From positions 38,097 through 102,096 of the forward strand of contig CAWEHK010000022.1 in assembly GCA_963808625.1 (NCBI GenBank): 64,000 nucleotides of DNA, written 5' to 3'. This DNA comes from an uncultured delta proteobacterium. Lineage in GTDB: Bacteria; Desulfobacterota; Syntrophobacteria; Syntrophobacterales; Syntrophobacteraceae. The position numbers were made by a program, and so were the translations under genes. Every line of letters starts with the position of its first letter. Position 1 is the stretch's first letter. Below the pieces are notes generated by a model that did no database searches, was not told the origin of the DNA, and saw nothing but the letters and a program-made list of their open reading frames with translations. Positions 29,543 to 42,173 of the stretch are shown here, piece by piece.

Positions 29543-30998
29543 TTATTTCTGCTGAACGGTGCTTAGGGGAAGCTTCATCGCATCGTGACCAGAAACCGGG
29601 GGTTTCGAGACCATGCATAGTTCGGCTTCCACATCGTAGTCATGAGCGGCCGTAATGCGAGCAAGGACCAGATCGCCGATGGCTGCCTGTCCCCTGGTAA
29701 GGATCACCATCCCATCAACCTCCGGAGCCTGAGTTGCAAGGCGTCCGCTCAGCAGCAGCTCCGTTTCCGGATGGAAGCCCTCGATCAATACCGGTACGGT
29801 TTGCCCGATGCGCGACGCGAGTCGTTGTCTCGAGAGCGATCGTTGAACCGTAAGCAGCGCCTGACGCCTCTTCTCCTTCGTCCTCTCGGCACGTTGTCTC
29901 GGGAGCCTGGCGGCGCGGGTCCCGGCTTCGGGCGAAAAGGCAAAAACCCCCAGATGGTCGAATTCAACCCGTTCAACAAAAGCAACGAGCGCTTGAAAAT
30001 CGGCCTCCGTTTCACCGGGAAACCCGACGATCAGCGACGTGCGCAGGGCAATGTCGGGAATATGACGGCGGATGCGAGCGATCAAGTCCTCAGGATTTTC
30101 AAAGGGAGCCGCGCGGCCCATGGCCTTCAAAATCCTGGGAACGCAATGCTGGAAAGGAAGATCGAGATAGGGCACAATCTTTCCGGACTGGGCCATGGTC
30201 CGCAGAAGCGCTTCACTGACCCGGTCGGGGTAGGCGTAAAGGAGCCTTATCCATGCGATTCCGGCGACGGCTTCCAGGGCCTCGAGGAGCCTGATGAGGG
30301 CGTCCGGATCGGCGCGATCCGATCCAAAAGCGGTGGTGTCCTGGGCGATCAGGTTGATCTCTTTCACCCCATCTGCGGCAAGGCGCTCAACTTCAACGAG
30401 GATGTCCTCCACCGAGCGGCTCCGGTAAGGGCCCCGCAGATGGGGAATCAAACAGTAGGTGCAGCGGTTGCTGCACCCTTCAGCGATTTTCACGTAGGCG
30501 GTAAAGAACGGCGTCGATTGCAAGCGGGGCAGGTCGCTGTGAAAGAGGAACCGTGGCGGAGAGATCCACAGGCGTCCGGAAGTTCCCTGATCACACTCTG
30601 CAAGGATTCTTCCCAGATCGTAGAAATGCTCCGTGCCCAAAAAGCAATCCACTTCAGGCATGAGTTCCAAGAGCTTTCTGCCATAGCGCTGGACCATGCA
30701 TCCCGCCACCAGAAGGCGTTTACAGGAGCCGCTCCACTTTGTACCGCGCAAGATCGAGAATGGTGTCGATGGCTTCCTGCACGGCACTTTCCAGAAAGCC
30801 GCAGGTGTTCACCAGAATCAAGGACGCCTCCGACGGGTCGGAGGTCATCGCATAGCCGAGCTCCGCCAGGCAGGCGACCATGACTTCGCTGTCCACCAAA
30901 TTCTTGGCACAACCCAGGCTGATCACGGCGGCTGAAGAGGGCCTATTCTCTTTCACTTTGATCCTCGGGCTTTCACCCTGGAGCAGCTCTTTTCCCAT
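29543..30998 (-). CDS. rimO: Ribosomal protein S12 methylthiotransferase (apparent indel near 30750)
   Basis: SLGCAKNLVDSE, VNTCGF, AGCMVQRY, KIAEGCSNRCTYCLIP, IAQDTT, WIRLLYAYP, QAPEVDG. Confidence 0.95.
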
Positions 30999-31212
30999 GG
31001 GATTCAACGTTCTAATTCGGATCTATTATTATGCCTCAAGATCAAACGTTTGTCTTACGGCAAATTGCCGCCACGAAGGGGCGGCACAGGGCAGGCCGGC
31101 TCAGCCGCCGATTTTCGACATTGACCTTAACTGGTCGAAGGGCTCCTGCCGGTCGCGCGCATGGCTTGCTGATTCTGCTGCCGCCGTGAGCCTCAAAAGC
31201 GTATTCAAGTGA

Positions 31213-32170
31213 TCACCCCGCCCGCCTGAAAGAAATTACCGTGAAAGCATCAATTCCGGAGTAAACCATGACGGCAAATAGGACCATGATGATCCCGATT
31301 GCCATCGAAAACGATAATTCTGGTTCTTGGATTCTGGTTTTCTTGGATGCGATTGAGCAGGAGGAAAAAGCTGTTCACCATCACATAGCATGCCACTGCA
31401 AATGGGGGAAAGCCGAGAAAACCGAGGATCGGCATTTCGAAGACTTTCAGGAATCCCAGATAGGGGATGGTATATACCCATTTTGAGCCAGCCCAAAAAT
31501 TCCAGCATTCCCAGAGGATTCCACAGACAAGCCCGCTCAGGAGAAGCAGGTAGAGGTTCCTGCCTGAGCCCTTCTCCAAATCGCGCAGGATCGATTCGGC
31601 CTCCGTTCCTGTAGTTGAACGGTTCCAGCAGGAAGACAAAGGCCAGCCAAACCAGAGGGAAGAAAATGTTGGGGAAAAGGATGGGTAAAACCAGCATGGC
31701 AATGCCAATCCGAAAACTGCAGTCCTTGAGGCGACCAAGAGCAACAGGGACTTTCCCGGTGTCGCGAAATAGCCCAAAATAATCGAGAAGATTTCTCGTG
31801 GTAAAGATGGCCGGCAAGACCGTCGCATAGGCGATGGTATACCCGAGCCATCGCACTCCTCTCTCTGGCGGCAGATACAGATAGTGCCAGTTTTGGAGGC
31901 GGAAGTTGAAGACCTCGAAGATGAGCCAGATCGTTACCGAAAGCGGCAAGAGCAGCAGGAACCCAGTGGGGTCGGCAAAGAGCAGAGAGCGGTGTCCGCG
32001 AGAGAAAAGGAAGGACTCGACAAAGAGGATGAAGCTCCACCACGCGAAAGAGTAAAACCAGGTATAGAAAGGTTCTTTCCTCTGCATCATCGCAAGGGCG
32101 GCGACGACGAAGAAGAGGGCGGCGGCAGTCATCAGCACTCTACAAACAGACGATTTTGAAATCGGGAACA
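31213..32170 (-). CDS. Conserved-looking hypothetical multi-pass membrane protein (apparent indels)
   Basis: Hydrophobic ORF pieces 31236-32195 and 31250-31828 join; motifs WLIFEVFN..NWHY and LWECWNFWAGSKWVY..EMPILGFLGFPPFA. Confidence 0.75.
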
Positions 32171-32442
32171 TGAAGGGTCTCGTCCTTTCAAACAATTTGC
32201 GGGACAGTCTTGTCAGCGAATTCTCATGCGCTTATACTAAAATCTTTCGGAAGAAAACCGGCTCAGCCAATTCTTACGTCCCGAGGAAGCAAGCCGGTAG
32301 CGGCCGCCTGTTGATGGCCTCGGTTACGGTCAGATAGCGGAAAAAGGCAGATTTTTAAAGAGTCATCTCACGATTCTCGAATTGCGGTCGCGTGACATAG
32401 CTTGGCAATCCTTCTTTATTTGATTGATAGAGGAATTACCGG

Positions 32443-32718
32443 ATGAGAACTGAAGCCTCCTTTGAAACCTTCGGCTTTGATGAGGAGACAATCAAAATGG
32501 CCAAAGAGAAGGCTTATCGTGGACAAATAATTCAATCTGAAAGGGAGGGCAGAAGTTCGGCAAACCCTATGATGTGTAAAGAAGGCCGAGGGGTCCGAAA
32601 TTTTGCCTGTCAGTTCTACGATTATTGCCTCGATAAGGCGGCAAAGGCGATGTGGAGTGGCTTCACCTGCCGGGAATGCCCAGGTCACTTTCAGCGGGAG
32701 GAAGAGAAATCGCCTTAG
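32443..32718 (+). CDS. Small hypothetical Cys-rich protein
   Basis: 91 aa, AGAGGA RBS, RNFACQFYDYCLDKA...WSGFTCREC; followed by a bidirectional terminator. Confidence 0.7.
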   Translation: MRTEASFETFGFDEETIKMAKEKAYRGQIIQSEREGRSSANPMMCKEGRGVRNFACQFYDYCLDKAAKAMWSGFTCRECPGHFQREEEKSP

Positions 32719-32752
32719 TTTTCCAGCCGGCAAAGCAAACCATGAATCACTG

Positions 32753-32788
32753 GAAAAAAACAACCCGCCTGAGCGGGTTGTTTTTTTC
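32753..32788. terminator. Bidirectional intrinsic terminator (end of alpha operon)
   Basis: gaaaaaaacaacccgc-ctga-gcgggttgtttttttc perfect stem with A/T tracts on both sides. Confidence 0.9.
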
Positions 32789-32817
32789 TTCGAAGAAATC
32801 AGAGTTCGAGATCTGCG

Positions 32818-33288
32818 TTATTTTTCTTCCGTGACACTTTCACTCACCTCAGCCGACGGTTTGGTTTGTGCCGGGGGTGCCGCCGTCACCGGGGGAGCGC
32901 TTTTTGCGCGTCCCTTCTGGGGCGGGCTTTTGGCATCGGTGACTAATTCAATCAGGCACATGGGAGATGCATCGCCACGCCGGAATCCGACCTTGACAAT
33001 GCGCGTATACCCCCCTTGACGGTTCTGATAACGCGAGGCCAACTCCTCAAAAAGCTTATGCACCGTGTTCTTCTCCCGGATCGTTGCCAGCGCCTGCCGC
33101 CGCGCATGCAGGTCTCCCCGCTTCCCCAGCGTGATCATCCAGTCACCCCAGCGGCGCAGTTCTTTGGCTTTCGGCAAGGTTGTGTAAATCCGTTCATGTT
33201 GTAGCAAAGAAGTCACCATATTTCGAAACATGGCAGACCGGTGACTTGTCGTCCGACTCAGTTTTCTCCCGGAAACTCCATGGCGCAC
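32818..33288 (-). CDS. rplQ: 50S ribosomal protein L17
   Basis: MRH...[28 protein letters not shown]; Pro/Ala-rich tail. Confidence 0.97.
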   Translation of the reverse strand: MRHGVSGRKLSRTTSHRSAMFRNMVTSLLQHERIYTTLPKAKELRRWGDWMITLGKRGDLHARRQALATIREKNTVHKLFEELASRYQNRQGGYTRIVKVGFRRGDASPMCLIELVTDAKSPPQKGRAKSAPPVTAAPPAQTKPSAEVSESVTEEK

Positions 33289-33290
33289 GG

Positions 33291-34298
33291 CTATTCCTGT
33301 TCCTTTCTTCGCTGTTCAATTTCTAAGCGGCTTGGGAAATTCTCAAGCTTTATTCCCAGTGACAGGCCCATCTCGGCGAGAATTTCTTTGATTTCGTTGA
33401 GCGATTTGCGGCCAAAATTCTTGGTTTTGAGCATTTCGGCTTCACTTTTCTGAACCAGTTCGCCAATGTATCGGATATCGGCGTTCTTCAGGCAGTTGGC
33501 TGAGCGAACAGACAGCTCCAGTTCATCCACGCTGCGAAAAAGATTTTCGTTGAAGGCCGGTTCGAGCCTCACCTCTTCTTCGGGAGTCTCCGCTTCCTCT
33601 TCGAAGTTGATGAAGATATTCAACTGGTCCTTGAGGATTTTGGCAGAGTAGGCGAGGGCATCATCGGGTTTGACGCTGCCGTCGGTCCAGATTTCGATGG
33701 TCAGCTTGTCGAAGTCAGTGATCTGTCCGACGCGAGCCTGGGTCACATTGTAGCTGACCTTTCGAACGGGAGTGAAGATGGCATCAATGGGTATGGTCCC
33801 GATTGGTTGATTCTCTTCGAGATTCCGCTCGGCAGGGAAATAACCTTTGCCCTGCTTGACCGTGAGCTCCATGCGGAGCTTCGCGTCTTTCGCCAGGGTG
33901 CAGACGTGTTGCTGAGGGTTCAGGACCTCGACCATCTCGTTCGTGTGGATCGCTTTCGCGGTTACTTCCCCTTCGCCCTCTTTCTCGATGACCAGGAGCC
34001 GCGACCCTTCACCGTGCATCTTGAGGCGGATTTCCTTGAGGTTCAGGATAACGTCGGTTACGTCTTCGAGGACTCCGGGAATGGTGGAGAATTCGTGGAG
34101 AACGCCATCGATTTTAACACCGGTGATGGCTGAACCCTGGAGCGAAGAGAGGAGCACTCGCCGGAGAGCGTTTCCCAGGGTAATGCCAAAACCCCTTTCC
34201 AGCGGTTCACACTCAAATTTGCCGTAGGTGTCTGGCCGGCCCTTATAGTCAACATCTAAGCGCTTGGGTTTGATTAGTTCGCGCCAGTTCTTTTGCAT
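33291..34298 (-). CDS. rpoA: RNA polymerase alpha subunit
   Basis: [40 protein letters not shown]. Confidence 0.98.
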   Translation of the reverse strand: MQKNWRELIKPKRLDVDYKGRPDTYGKFECEPLERGFGITLGNALRRVLLSSLQGSAITGVKIDGVLHEFSTIPGVLEDVTDVILNLKEIRLKMHGEGSRLLVIEKEGEGEVTAKAIHTNEMVEVLNPQQHVCTLAKDAKLRMELTVKQGKGYFPAERNLEENQPIGTIPIDAIFTPVRKVSYNVTQARVGQITDFDKLTIEIWTDGSVKPDDALAYSAKILKDQLNIFINFEEEAETPEEEVRLEPAFNENLFRSVDELELSVRSANCLKNADIRYIGELVQKSEAEMLKTKNFGRKSLNEIKEILAEMGLSLGIKLENFPSRLEIEQRRKEQE

Positions 34299-34431
34299 CT
34301 CGTTTCCTCGTTAAGAGAAAGGGCCACAGAATTGCCTTTATACAGAGGCAAAAAGACAGCCCCAGGAGATAAAATGAACCCCATGGGACTTCTTCTTAGC
34401 TCGACGTGACGAAACAGAAGGCCATGACCTT

Positions 34432-35058
34432 CTATTTGGAATAGAACTCCACGACAAGCTGTTCCTGCACGGGCAGATTCATCTCTTCCCGGGTCGGAAA
34501 GGTTTTGAAGATGCCTTCATATTTTGTCTTATCCAGCTCCAGCCAGGGACCAAGCCCGCGACGCGGGAGCGCTTCGAGGGCGTCGTTGATACAAGTCAGG
34601 TTCTTGCTATCCTCGATGATGCTGACGGTATCTCCGGGCCGTAACAGGTATGAGGGAATGTCCACCCTTTTACCATTGACCTGGATGTGCCGGTGGCGCA
34701 CGAGCTGCCTGGCCTGGTCGCGGGAGTTGGCGAAACCAAGCCGGTAGACGGTGTTATCCAACCGCCGTTCCAGCAGGACCAGGAAGTTGGTGCCCGTGAC
34801 CCCTTTCTGACGGTCTGCTTCCTTGAAATAGGTCTTGAACTGCTTCTCAAGCAAGCCATACATCCGCTTGATCCTCTGTTTTTCGCGAAGCTGCAACCCG
34901 TAATCGGAAAATTTACCGCGACCCTGGCCATGCTGCCCGGGAGGGAAGTTTCGTCGCTCAACGGCGCACTTGTCGGAATAGCAGCGATCACCCTTTAAAT
35001 AAAGCTTCATCGTTTCTCTTCGGCAAATCCTGCAATTCATACCGGTGTAACGAGCCAA
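34432..35058 (-). CDS. rpsD: 30S ribosomal protein S4 (Cys-containing form)
   Basis: MARYTG..CRICRRE, QLREKQ, LERRLDN, VEFYSK. Confidence 0.98.
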   Translation of the reverse strand: MARYTGMNCRICRRETMKLYLKGDRCYSDKCAVERRNFPPGQHGQGRGKFSDYGLQLREKQRIKRMYGLLEKQFKTYFKEADRQKGVTGTNFLVLLERRLDNTVYRLGFANSRDQARQLVRHRHIQVNGKRVDIPSYLLRPGDTVSIIEDSKNLTCINDALEALPRRGLGPWLELDKTKYEGIFKTFPTREEMNLPVQEQLVVEFYSK

Positions 35059-35121
35059 GGCTTTCTCCTCATGTCAATTATACAGTCCAAGAACTTCGCA
35101 AGAACCGTTCGCATCTTTTCC

Positions 35122-35514
35122 TTAAACCCGACGACGCTTGGGAGGTCGGCATCCGTTATGAGGAATCGGGGTGACATCCTTGATGACGGTGATATTGAAT
35201 CCGGCCGCCTGCAGTGCGCGCAGGGCGGCTTCTCTCCCGGAACCCGGGCCTTTGACGTAGACTTCGATATTCTGGACCCCATGTTCCATCGCCTTCTTGC
35301 CGGCAACTTCGGCAGCTACCTGTGCCGCGAAGGGGGTGCTCTTGCGGGAACCCTTAAATCCCTGGCTCCCGGCACTGGCCCACGCAAGGGCATTGCCGCT
35401 TGCATCCGTGATCGTGACAATGGTGTTATTGAAGGTTGAACGAATGTGAGCAACGCCGTTGAGAATATTTTTGCGCTCTTTCTTCTTGCGTGAGGCCATT
35501 CTTTCTCTTGCCAT
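35122..35514 (-). CDS. rpsK: 30S ribosomal protein S11
   Basis: [36 protein letters not shown]. Confidence 0.98.
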   Translation of the reverse strand: MARERMASRKKKERKNILNGVAHIRSTFNNTIVTITDASGNALAWASAGSQGFKGSRKSTPFAAQVAAEVAGKKAMEHGVQNIEVYVKGPGSGREAALRALQAAGFNITVIKDVTPIPHNGCRPPKRRRV

Positions 35515-35527
35515 GATCCCTCCCCTA

Positions 35528-35902
35528 TTAAGCCTTCTTCCGTTTGCCCATAACCGACCGTCGAGGTCCTTTCCGCGTGCGGGCGTTGGTATGGGTCCGC
35601 TGGCCGCGAACCGGCAACCCTCGGCGGTGCCTCAGGCCGCGATAGCAGCCGAGGTCCATCAGGCGCTTGATGTTCATGGAGACTTCCGTGCGCAGGTCTC
35701 CCTCGACTTTGCAATGCGTATCAATGATCTGCCTGATGGCGTTGATCTCGCCTTCGGTAAGATCATCGCTTTTGGTGTCCCAATTGATACTGGCCTGATT
35801 GAGGATCTTCTGTGAGGTTGGACGGCCGATCCCATAAATATAGGTAAGGGCGATCTCTATTCGTTTATTCTTCGGTAAGTCAATCCCGGCAATACGTGCC
35901 AA
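35528..35902 (-). CDS. rpsM: 30S ribosomal protein S13
   Basis: [36 protein letters not shown]. Confidence 0.98.
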   Translation of the reverse strand: MARIAGIDLPKNKRIEIALTYIYGIGRPTSQKILNQASINWDTKSDDLTEGEINAIRQIIDTHCKVEGDLRTEVSMNIKRLMDLGCYRGLRHRRGLPVRGQRTHTNARTRKGPRRSVMGKRKKA

Positions 35903-35917
35903 TGTGAATTCCTCCTG

Positions 35918-36031
35918 TTAGCCTTGTCTCTGCTTGTGCCGTGGATTTTCACAGATAACGCGGACCGTCCCGTGACGGCGTATGATCCTGCACTTCCGAC
36001 AAACTCGCTTGACCGATGCTCGCACTTTCAT
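35918..36031 (-). CDS. rpmJ: 50S ribosomal protein L36 (below ORF-track cutoff)
   Basis: Hand translation [37 protein letters not shown]. Confidence 0.97.
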   Translation of the reverse strand: MKVRASVKRVCRKCRIIRRHGTVRVICENPRHKQRQG

Positions 36032-36070
36032 GCCATCATCTCTTCTTCTGCAATCCCTAAAAAAGATGCG

Positions 36071-36292
36071 CTAGGATTTTGATCTGTAGGTGATACGGCC
36101 TCGGCTCAGATCATAGGGTGAAAGCTCAACCGTCACCTTATCACCGGGAAGAATTCGAATGAAATGCATCCGCATTTTTCCGGAGATGTGAGCCAGGATC
36201 CGATGGCCATTGGGCAACTCAACACGAAACATGGCATTGGGAAGAGTCTCGACAACGGTGCCCTCAACTTCAATGACGTCTTCTTTAGCCAT
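36071..36292 (-). CDS. infA: Translation initiation factor IF-1
   Basis: [28 protein letters not shown]. Confidence 0.98.
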   Translation of the reverse strand: MAKEDVIEVEGTVVETLPNAMFRVELPNGHRILAHISGKMRMHFIRILPGDKVTVELSPYDLSRGRITYRSKS

Positions 36293-36342
36293 GCCCGCGA
36301 TTTTCTCCTTGGGTTCTTCGGTGACCGAATTTAAAAAAAGAT

Positions 36343-36371
36343 ATTATATTCTCTCGATCGCCGCTTGTAAA
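36343..36371 (-). promoter_or_regulatory. Sigma70 promoter for infA-rpmJ-alpha operon
   Basis: Minus strand TTTACA-17 bp-TATAAT. Confidence 0.75.
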
Positions 36372-36378
36372 TAGCAGC

Positions 36379-37128
36379 TTACGTTTTCGTCAGAATATCC
36401 GCTTCGTTTTCCGTCACCGCAACGGTGTGCTCGAAATGGGCTGAAAGCTTCCCGTCAACGGTGACCGCCGTCCACTGGTCGTCAAGAATGTCCACTTCAG
36501 GGCGCCCCCGGTTGATCATGGGCTCAATCGCAAAGACCATTCCCGGCTTCAGGACTACCCCTTTGCCGGCGGGACCATAATTGGGAATCTGCGGACTCTC
36601 ATGGAGCTTTTGACCGATTCCATGTCCTACAAATTCCCTGACTACGGAAAATCCGCGTGCCTCGACGTATTGCTGGATCGCGTGGGAAATATCCGACAGC
36701 CGGTTCCCCGGCACGACCTGGCGGATTCCTTCGTAGAGTGATTCCTCGGTCACGCGGCAAAGCTCTCTCGCCTCCTCGCTTACGTTCCCCACGGGAACGG
36801 TTATGGCGGCATCTCCATAGTAGCCCTCGACCGAAACCCCAAAATCGAGGCTGATGATGTCGCCTTCTTTCAACTGGCGATGCTTTGACGGCATCCCATG
36901 GACGACTTCCGCATTGACCGAGGTGCACAGCGCGAAAGGGTACCCGTGATATCCTTTAAACGCCGGTGTGGCCTTTTGCTTCGCGGCCAGCTCCTCACTC
37001 AGTGCGTTCAGGTCCCAAGTGGTGACCCCAGGCTCAACATGCTGTTCCAGGCGCTTCAAAATCTCAGCCACAATGAGACAGGCCTTCCGGATCTTCTCAA
37101 TTTCCCGCTGAGATCTCAAAACAATCAA
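36379..37128 (-). CDS. map: Methionine aminopeptidase type I
   Basis: CTSVNAEVVHGMP, GHGIG..LHE, AIEPM, SAHFEHT. Confidence 0.97.
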   Translation of the reverse strand: MIVLRSQREIEKIRKACLIVAEILKRLEQHVEPGVTTWDLNALSEELAAKQKATPAFKGYHGYPFALCTSVNAEVVHGMPSKHRQLKEGDIISLDFGVSVEGYYGDAAITVPVGNVSEEARELCRVTEESLYEGIRQVVPGNRLSDISHAIQQYVEARGFSVVREFVGHGIGQKLHESPQIPNYGPAGKGVVLKPGMVFAIEPMINRGRPEVDILDDQWTAVTVDGKLSAHFEHTVAVTENEADILTKT

Positions 37129-37140
37129 TTACCAGGTCCT

Positions 37141-37813
<673 letters not shown>

Positions 37814-37884
37814 TCAAGACAGCTCTTCTTCTTACAGCCCTGGGCCAAGCCTTTCCTTTCCCCCGGCGTTCTCATCGCCTGCCC

Positions 37885-39192
37885 CTAGCGCCGACCACGG
37901 ATGCGCCCCTTCTTCAGGAAACCATCGTAGTGGCGAGAGAGCATATGGGCCTCGATCTGTCCCAACGTATCCATTGCAACACCAATAACGATCAGGAGCG
38001 CGGTCCCTCCAAAGTAGAAGGGGACACTGAACTTTTGAATGAGGAAGGTAGGGAGAACACACACTGCCGAGACGTAAACGGCCCCACCGAGAGTAATGCG
38101 GCTGAGCACCTTATCAATGTACTCGGCCGTAGGCCTTCCTGGCCGAATACCCGGAATAAAACCTCCATACTTCTTCATGTTATCGGCAACGTCCACCGGG
38201 TTGAACACGATGGCCGTATAGAAGAAACAGAAGAAGATGATGAAGCCAACGTAAAGCGCGGAATAGAGCCAATGCCCGGGCGTCATATAACCGGCGACGG
38301 TTTGCACCCAGGGCACATCGATGAAGTTCGCCACCGTGGCGGGGAACATGATGATGGATGAGGCGAAGATCGGAGGAATAACCCCGGAGGTATTGATTTT
38401 CAGCGGGATATGCGTATTCTGACCGCCGTAAACCCGCCTTCCCACCACTCTTTTGGCGTACTGAACGGGGATGCGTCTTTGCCCACGTTCCATGAAGATG
38501 ATAAAGGCCACCACCACCACCATCATGACCAACAGGAGCAGGACCACAAAAAGGCTCATTTCGCCGGCTTTCAGCAGCCGCGTGGTGCTCACGAAGGCAT
38601 TGGGGATTCCCGCGACAATCCCGGCGAAAATGATCAGCGAAATGCCATTGCCAATCCCGTGTTCGGTAATTTGTTCGCCGAGCCACATGATGAAGGCGGT
38701 TCCCGCGGTAAGCGTGATAATAGTGATCAGGCGGAAACCCCACCCCGCCTGGAGAACCACCATTTCACCGCCGGGTGCCGACATGCCTTCCACCCCGACG
38801 GCAATGCCAAAGCCCTGGATGATACTCAGGACAACCGTGCCATAGCGGGTATATTGGGTAATTTTGCGGCGACCGGCCTCGCCTTCCTTGCTGAGCCGCT
38901 CAAGATGCGGGATTACCACGGTCAGGAGTTGGAGGATGATGGACGCACTGATGTAGGGCATGATCCCCAGGGCGAACACGGACAATTGACTGAGAGCGCC
39001 GCCGGAGAACATGTCAAAGAGCCCGAGCAGAGTCCCCTGGGCGGCTCTGAAAAAAGCCGCGAGGGCCTCGGCATTGATCCCCGGCGTGGGGATATGGGCT
39101 CCAATCCGATACACCGCAAGGAGGATCAACGTCATACTGATGCGGCGTTTAAGCTCCGGAATTCTGGTGATGTTCTGGAAAGCTGCAAGCAA
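37885..39192 (-). CDS. secY: Preprotein translocase SecY
   Basis: [51 protein letters not shown]. Confidence 0.98.
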   Translation of the reverse strand: MLAAFQNITRIPELKRRISMTLILLAVYRIGAHIPTPGINAEALAAFFRAAQGTLLGLFDMFSGGALSQLSVFALGIMPYISASIILQLLTVVIPHLERLSKEGEAGRRKITQYTRYGTVVLSIIQGFGIAVGVEGMSAPGGEMVVLQAGWGFRLITIITLTAGTAFIMWLGEQITEHGIGNGISLIIFAGIVAGIPNAFVSTTRLLKAGEMSLFVVLLLLVMMVVVVAFIIFMERGQRRIPVQYAKRVVGRRVYGGQNTHIPLKINTSGVIPPIFASSIIMFPATVANFIDVPWVQTVAGYMTPGHWLYSALYVGFIIFFCFFYTAIVFNPVDVADNMKKYGGFIPGIRPGRPTAEYIDKVLSRITLGGAVYVSAVCVLPTFLIQKFSVPFYFGGTALLIVIGVAMDTLGQIEAHMLSRHYDGFLKKGRIRGRR

Positions 39193-39195
39193 CCT

Positions 39196-39657
39196 TTAAT
39201 TCCTCTTATTATGCAAGGGGATCAGCTCAACGCGCCCGCCCGCTGCCTCGACCTTGCTGACCGCGGCAGCGCTTGCCTTGTGAACCTGAACGGTGAAAGC
39301 TTGGGTTATCTCGCCATTGGCCAATAACTTGATCCCGTCATCGACCGTTTTCACGAGACCCGCTTGAAGCAGTTCCTTTGGTCCGATTTGGCTCTCGCCT
39401 GCGAACCGTTCAAGGTCGCTCAGGTTAACGATGCTGTGTTGCTTCTTAAAAATATTGGTGAATCCTCGTTTTGGTATTCTACGCTGCAAAGGCATCTGTC
39501 CGCCTTCGAACCATGGCGCAGTACCACCACCGGAGCGTGATTTCTGGCCTTTGGTGCCTCGTCCTGCGGTCTTCCCCAGACCGGAACCACAGCCTCTTCC
39601 GACACGTTTCCTACTGCTCTTCGCCCCTTTTGCGGGAGCCAAATCTTCCAGTCTCAT
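39196..39657 (-). CDS. rplO: 50S ribosomal protein L15
   Basis: RVGRG.GSGLGKTAGRG.KGQKSR, FEGGQMPL.RRIPKRGF. Confidence 0.98.
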   Translation of the reverse strand: MRLEDLAPAKGAKSSRKRVGRGCGSGLGKTAGRGTKGQKSRSGGGTAPWFEGGQMPLQRRIPKRGFTNIFKKQHSIVNLSDLERFAGESQIGPKELLQAGLVKTVDDGIKLLANGEITQAFTVQVHKASAAAVSKVEAAGGRVELIPLHNKRN

Positions 39658-39692
39658 CGTAACCTATCCAATTTATGGAAAGTCGTTCACAC

Positions 39693-39875
39693 TTAGATTT
39701 CGTTCACTTCCACCAGGTGGATTACCTTTCGAATCGCCCCCATAATACTCGGTGTTCCATAGAGGGTTACGGTCTTATTCAAATAGGTGAGTCCCAAAGC
39801 CTTAAGGATCTTCCGATGTTTTTCGGGGTGGCCAATGGGGCTCCGGACCAAGGTGACTTGAATGGATTTAGACAT
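39693..39875 (-). CDS. rpmD: 50S ribosomal protein L30
   Basis: VTLVRSPIG...LKALGL; position in spc operon. Confidence 0.95.
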   Translation of the reverse strand: MSKSIQVTLVRSPIGHPEKHRKILKALGLTYLNKTVTLYGTPSIMGAIRKVIHLVEVNEI

Positions 39876-39982
39876 ATCGATTTCCTCGAACGACAGCGCT
39901 TGGTAATGCTGTCGGAGCTGACCAGGATTTGCGAGCTGAAAACTCTCCCGTCATGATCTTAGCGGTTCCACCCGGCTTGTCC

Positions 39983-40489
39983 TCACGCCCGGATTTCCTG
40001 AATATCACGACCCCGTGTTTTGCCGACCCGCTCCCCGCTTCGAAGATGCTTTAGGCCCTGGAGCGTGGCCTTAACCACGTTGTGAGGATTCCTCGAGCCG
40101 ATGCATTTGGTCAAAATGTTATGGATACCGGCTGCTTCCATGATAGCGCGCACCGCTCCCCCGGCGATCACCCCGGTACCGGGCGAGGCGGGCTTCAGGA
40201 CCACGGAGGAAGCGCCGAAGCGCCCCAGAATCTCATGGGGGATCGTCTCATTCACGAGGGGGACATCGAACATGCTGCGTTTCGCCGATTCCAAACCCTT
40301 CCTGATTGCCTCCGGCACTTCATTTGCTTTTCCAAGGCTGAATCCGACGCGGCCATTGCCGTCACCCACGACCACAATCGCACTGAAAGAAAAGCGGCGG
40401 CCGCCTTTCACGACTTTGGCCACACGACTGATATGGACGACCTTGTCGATCAACTGGAGTTGACTCGATTCGACAGCTAACAATTGCAT
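39983..40489 (-). CDS. rpsE: 30S ribosomal protein S5
   Basis: [30 protein letters not shown]. Confidence 0.98.
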   Translation of the reverse strand: MQLLAVESSQLQLIDKVVHISRVAKVVKGGRRFSFSAIVVVGDGNGRVGFSLGKANEVPEAIRKGLESAKRSMFDVPLVNETIPHEILGRFGASSVVLKPASPGTGVIAGGAVRAIMEAAGIHNILTKCIGSRNPHNVVKATLQGLKHLRSGERVGKTRGRDIQEIRA

Positions 40490-40517
40490 GCCTCCATTGA
40501 AAGAAATTTGACAGGAA

Positions 40518-40889
40518 TCAAAAGTCTAAACCGGCCTGACGGGCAGCATCGGCAAGCGCCTGCACGCGGCCATGGTAGATGTACCCGCTGCGGTCGAAAA
40601 CCACCTTGGTGATACCTTTGTCCTTAGCCTTGCGAGCAATCAGGTCGCCCACCCGCTTCGCAGCTTCGAGCTTGCCTTTCAGGGAACCCAGTTCCCGGTA
40701 TTCGGGCGATAAGGTTGATGCGGTGGCGAGGGTACTACCAGCGGTATCATCGATGATCTGTGCGTAAATGTGTTTGTCACTCCGAAAGACTGTCAAGCGA
40801 GGTCGCTCAGGACTTCCACTCAGTTTCTTGCGGATGCGCTTCTTGCGTTTAAGACGTGAAACTTCACGCGTGTTAATTTTCGAAGCCAT
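40518..40889 (-). CDS. rplR: 50S ribosomal protein L18
   Basis: [31 protein letters not shown]. Confidence 0.98.
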   Translation of the reverse strand: MASKINTREVSRLKRKKRIRKKLSGSPERPRLTVFRSDKHIYAQIIDDTAGSTLATASTLSPEYRELGSLKGKLEAAKRVGDLIARKAKDKGITKVVFDRSGYIYHGRVQALADAARQAGLDF

Positions 40890-40910
40890 GTTAGCTTACC
40901 TCATATGACC

Positions 40911-41453
40911 TTATTTTTTAGAACCAGCCTTCCCGACCTTCCGATGGACCTTTTCCCCTGCATACCTGATGCCTTTTCCCTTGTAGGGCTCAACCGCTCG
41001 CAGAGCACGAATTCGGGCTGCTGTTTCTCCCAACAGTTCCTTGTCAATTGCTTCCAGCCGGATCACATTTTGCCGCTCAACCGTGGCTTTTACTCCTTCG
41101 GGCAAGGCGAAATTAATCGGGTGAGAATAGCCCAGGCTGAGGTTCAGGACCTCATTCTGGACGTCGGCACGGTAGCCTGTCCCCTGAATTTCCAGGGTCT
41201 TTGTAAAACCCTGACTCACCCCTTCCACCATATTGAATACCAGTGCCCTCAGCAGGCCGTGGAGGGAGCGCGCTACGCGGGAATCATCCCGGCGCCTGAC
41301 ATGAATGGAGTGCTGGTCCACTTCGAGATCCAGCTGTTCGGGCACCGGGCGCACCAAGGTGCCTTTGGGCCCCGATATGGTCAACATGAGTTCCTCCAGG
41401 GAGATTTTTATTCCCTGAGGAATCTTGATGGGCAACTTTCCCACGCGTGACAT
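40911..41453 (-). CDS. rplF: 50S ribosomal protein L6
   Basis: MSRVGKLPI, LGYSHP, EPYKGKGIRY. Confidence 0.98.
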   Translation of the reverse strand: MSRVGKLPIKIPQGIKISLEELMLTISGPKGTLVRPVPEQLDLEVDQHSIHVRRRDDSRVARSLHGLLRALVFNMVEGVSQGFTKTLEIQGTGYRADVQNEVLNLSLGYSHPINFALPEGVKATVERQNVIRLEAIDKELLGETAARIRALRAVEPYKGKGIRYAGEKVHRKVGKAGSKK

Positions 41454-41535
41454 GCAACTACTCCTGTCTATCGAAAAAGCACTCAAAACTCATGAGTGAT
41501 CCGCGGCGAATTCTTCCGCTCCCAAATGGCTCGTG

Positions 41536-41934
41536 CTACCAGACCGAGCAAAGCAATTCACCGCCGACAACCTCTTTTCGCGCCTGCCGATCGGTCATCA
41601 ACCCCTTCGATGTGGACAGTATGGCGATTCCCATACCATTCATAATCCGGGGGATTTCATCATGGCCCACATAAACGCGGCATCCCGGCTTGCTTAAGCG
41701 TTTTGTCCCGGCGATGCTGCCTTCGCGGTTTTCGTCGTACTTCAAGTGGACGCGGAGGACCCCCTGCTTGTTGTCTCGCATCAGCTTAAAATTCTTGATA
41801 TAGCCTTCCTCTTTGAGGATGCGGGCGATGCTTGTTTTCATCCGGGAAGCCGGGATGTCCACCTTATCGAAACGGGCCGTCTGGCCGTTCCTTATACGAA
41901 TAAGTAAATCAGCAATGGGATCCGTTACTGCCAT
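41536..41934 (-). CDS. rpsH: 30S ribosomal protein S8
   Basis: TDPIADLL.RIRN, SKPG.RVY, STSKG, GGE. Confidence 0.98.
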   Translation of the reverse strand: MAVTDPIADLLIRIRNGQTARFDKVDIPASRMKTSIARILKEEGYIKNFKLMRDNKQGVLRVHLKYDENREGSIAGTKRLSKPGCRVYVGHDEIPRIMNGMGIAILSTSKGLMTDRQARKEVVGGELLCSVW

Positions 41935-41964
41935 AAAACCTGCTCCTTTGAATTACCCAATTGG

Positions 41965-42150
41965 CTACCAGCTTGCCTTAATCACGCCGGGCAGTTCTCC
42001 CTTGAGGGCCATGTTCCGAAAACAAATTCGGCAAATGCCAAATTTCCTGATGAACGCCCTCGGTCGGCCGCAAAGTGGGCAGCGGTTATAAGTCCTCACC
42101 TCAAATTTCGGACGGCGTTTTGATTTTGCAATCAGTGACTTTTTTGCCAC
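41965..42150 (-). CDS. rpsN: 30S ribosomal protein S14, zinc-binding type Z
   Basis: 61 aa; RCPLCGR...[13 protein letters not shown]. Confidence 0.97.
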   Translation of the reverse strand: MAKKSLIAKSKRRPKFEVRTYNRCPLCGRPRAFIRKFGICRICFRNMALKGELPGVIKASW

Positions 42151-42173
42151 GCGGTTGCCTCCTTTTCCTGTAC

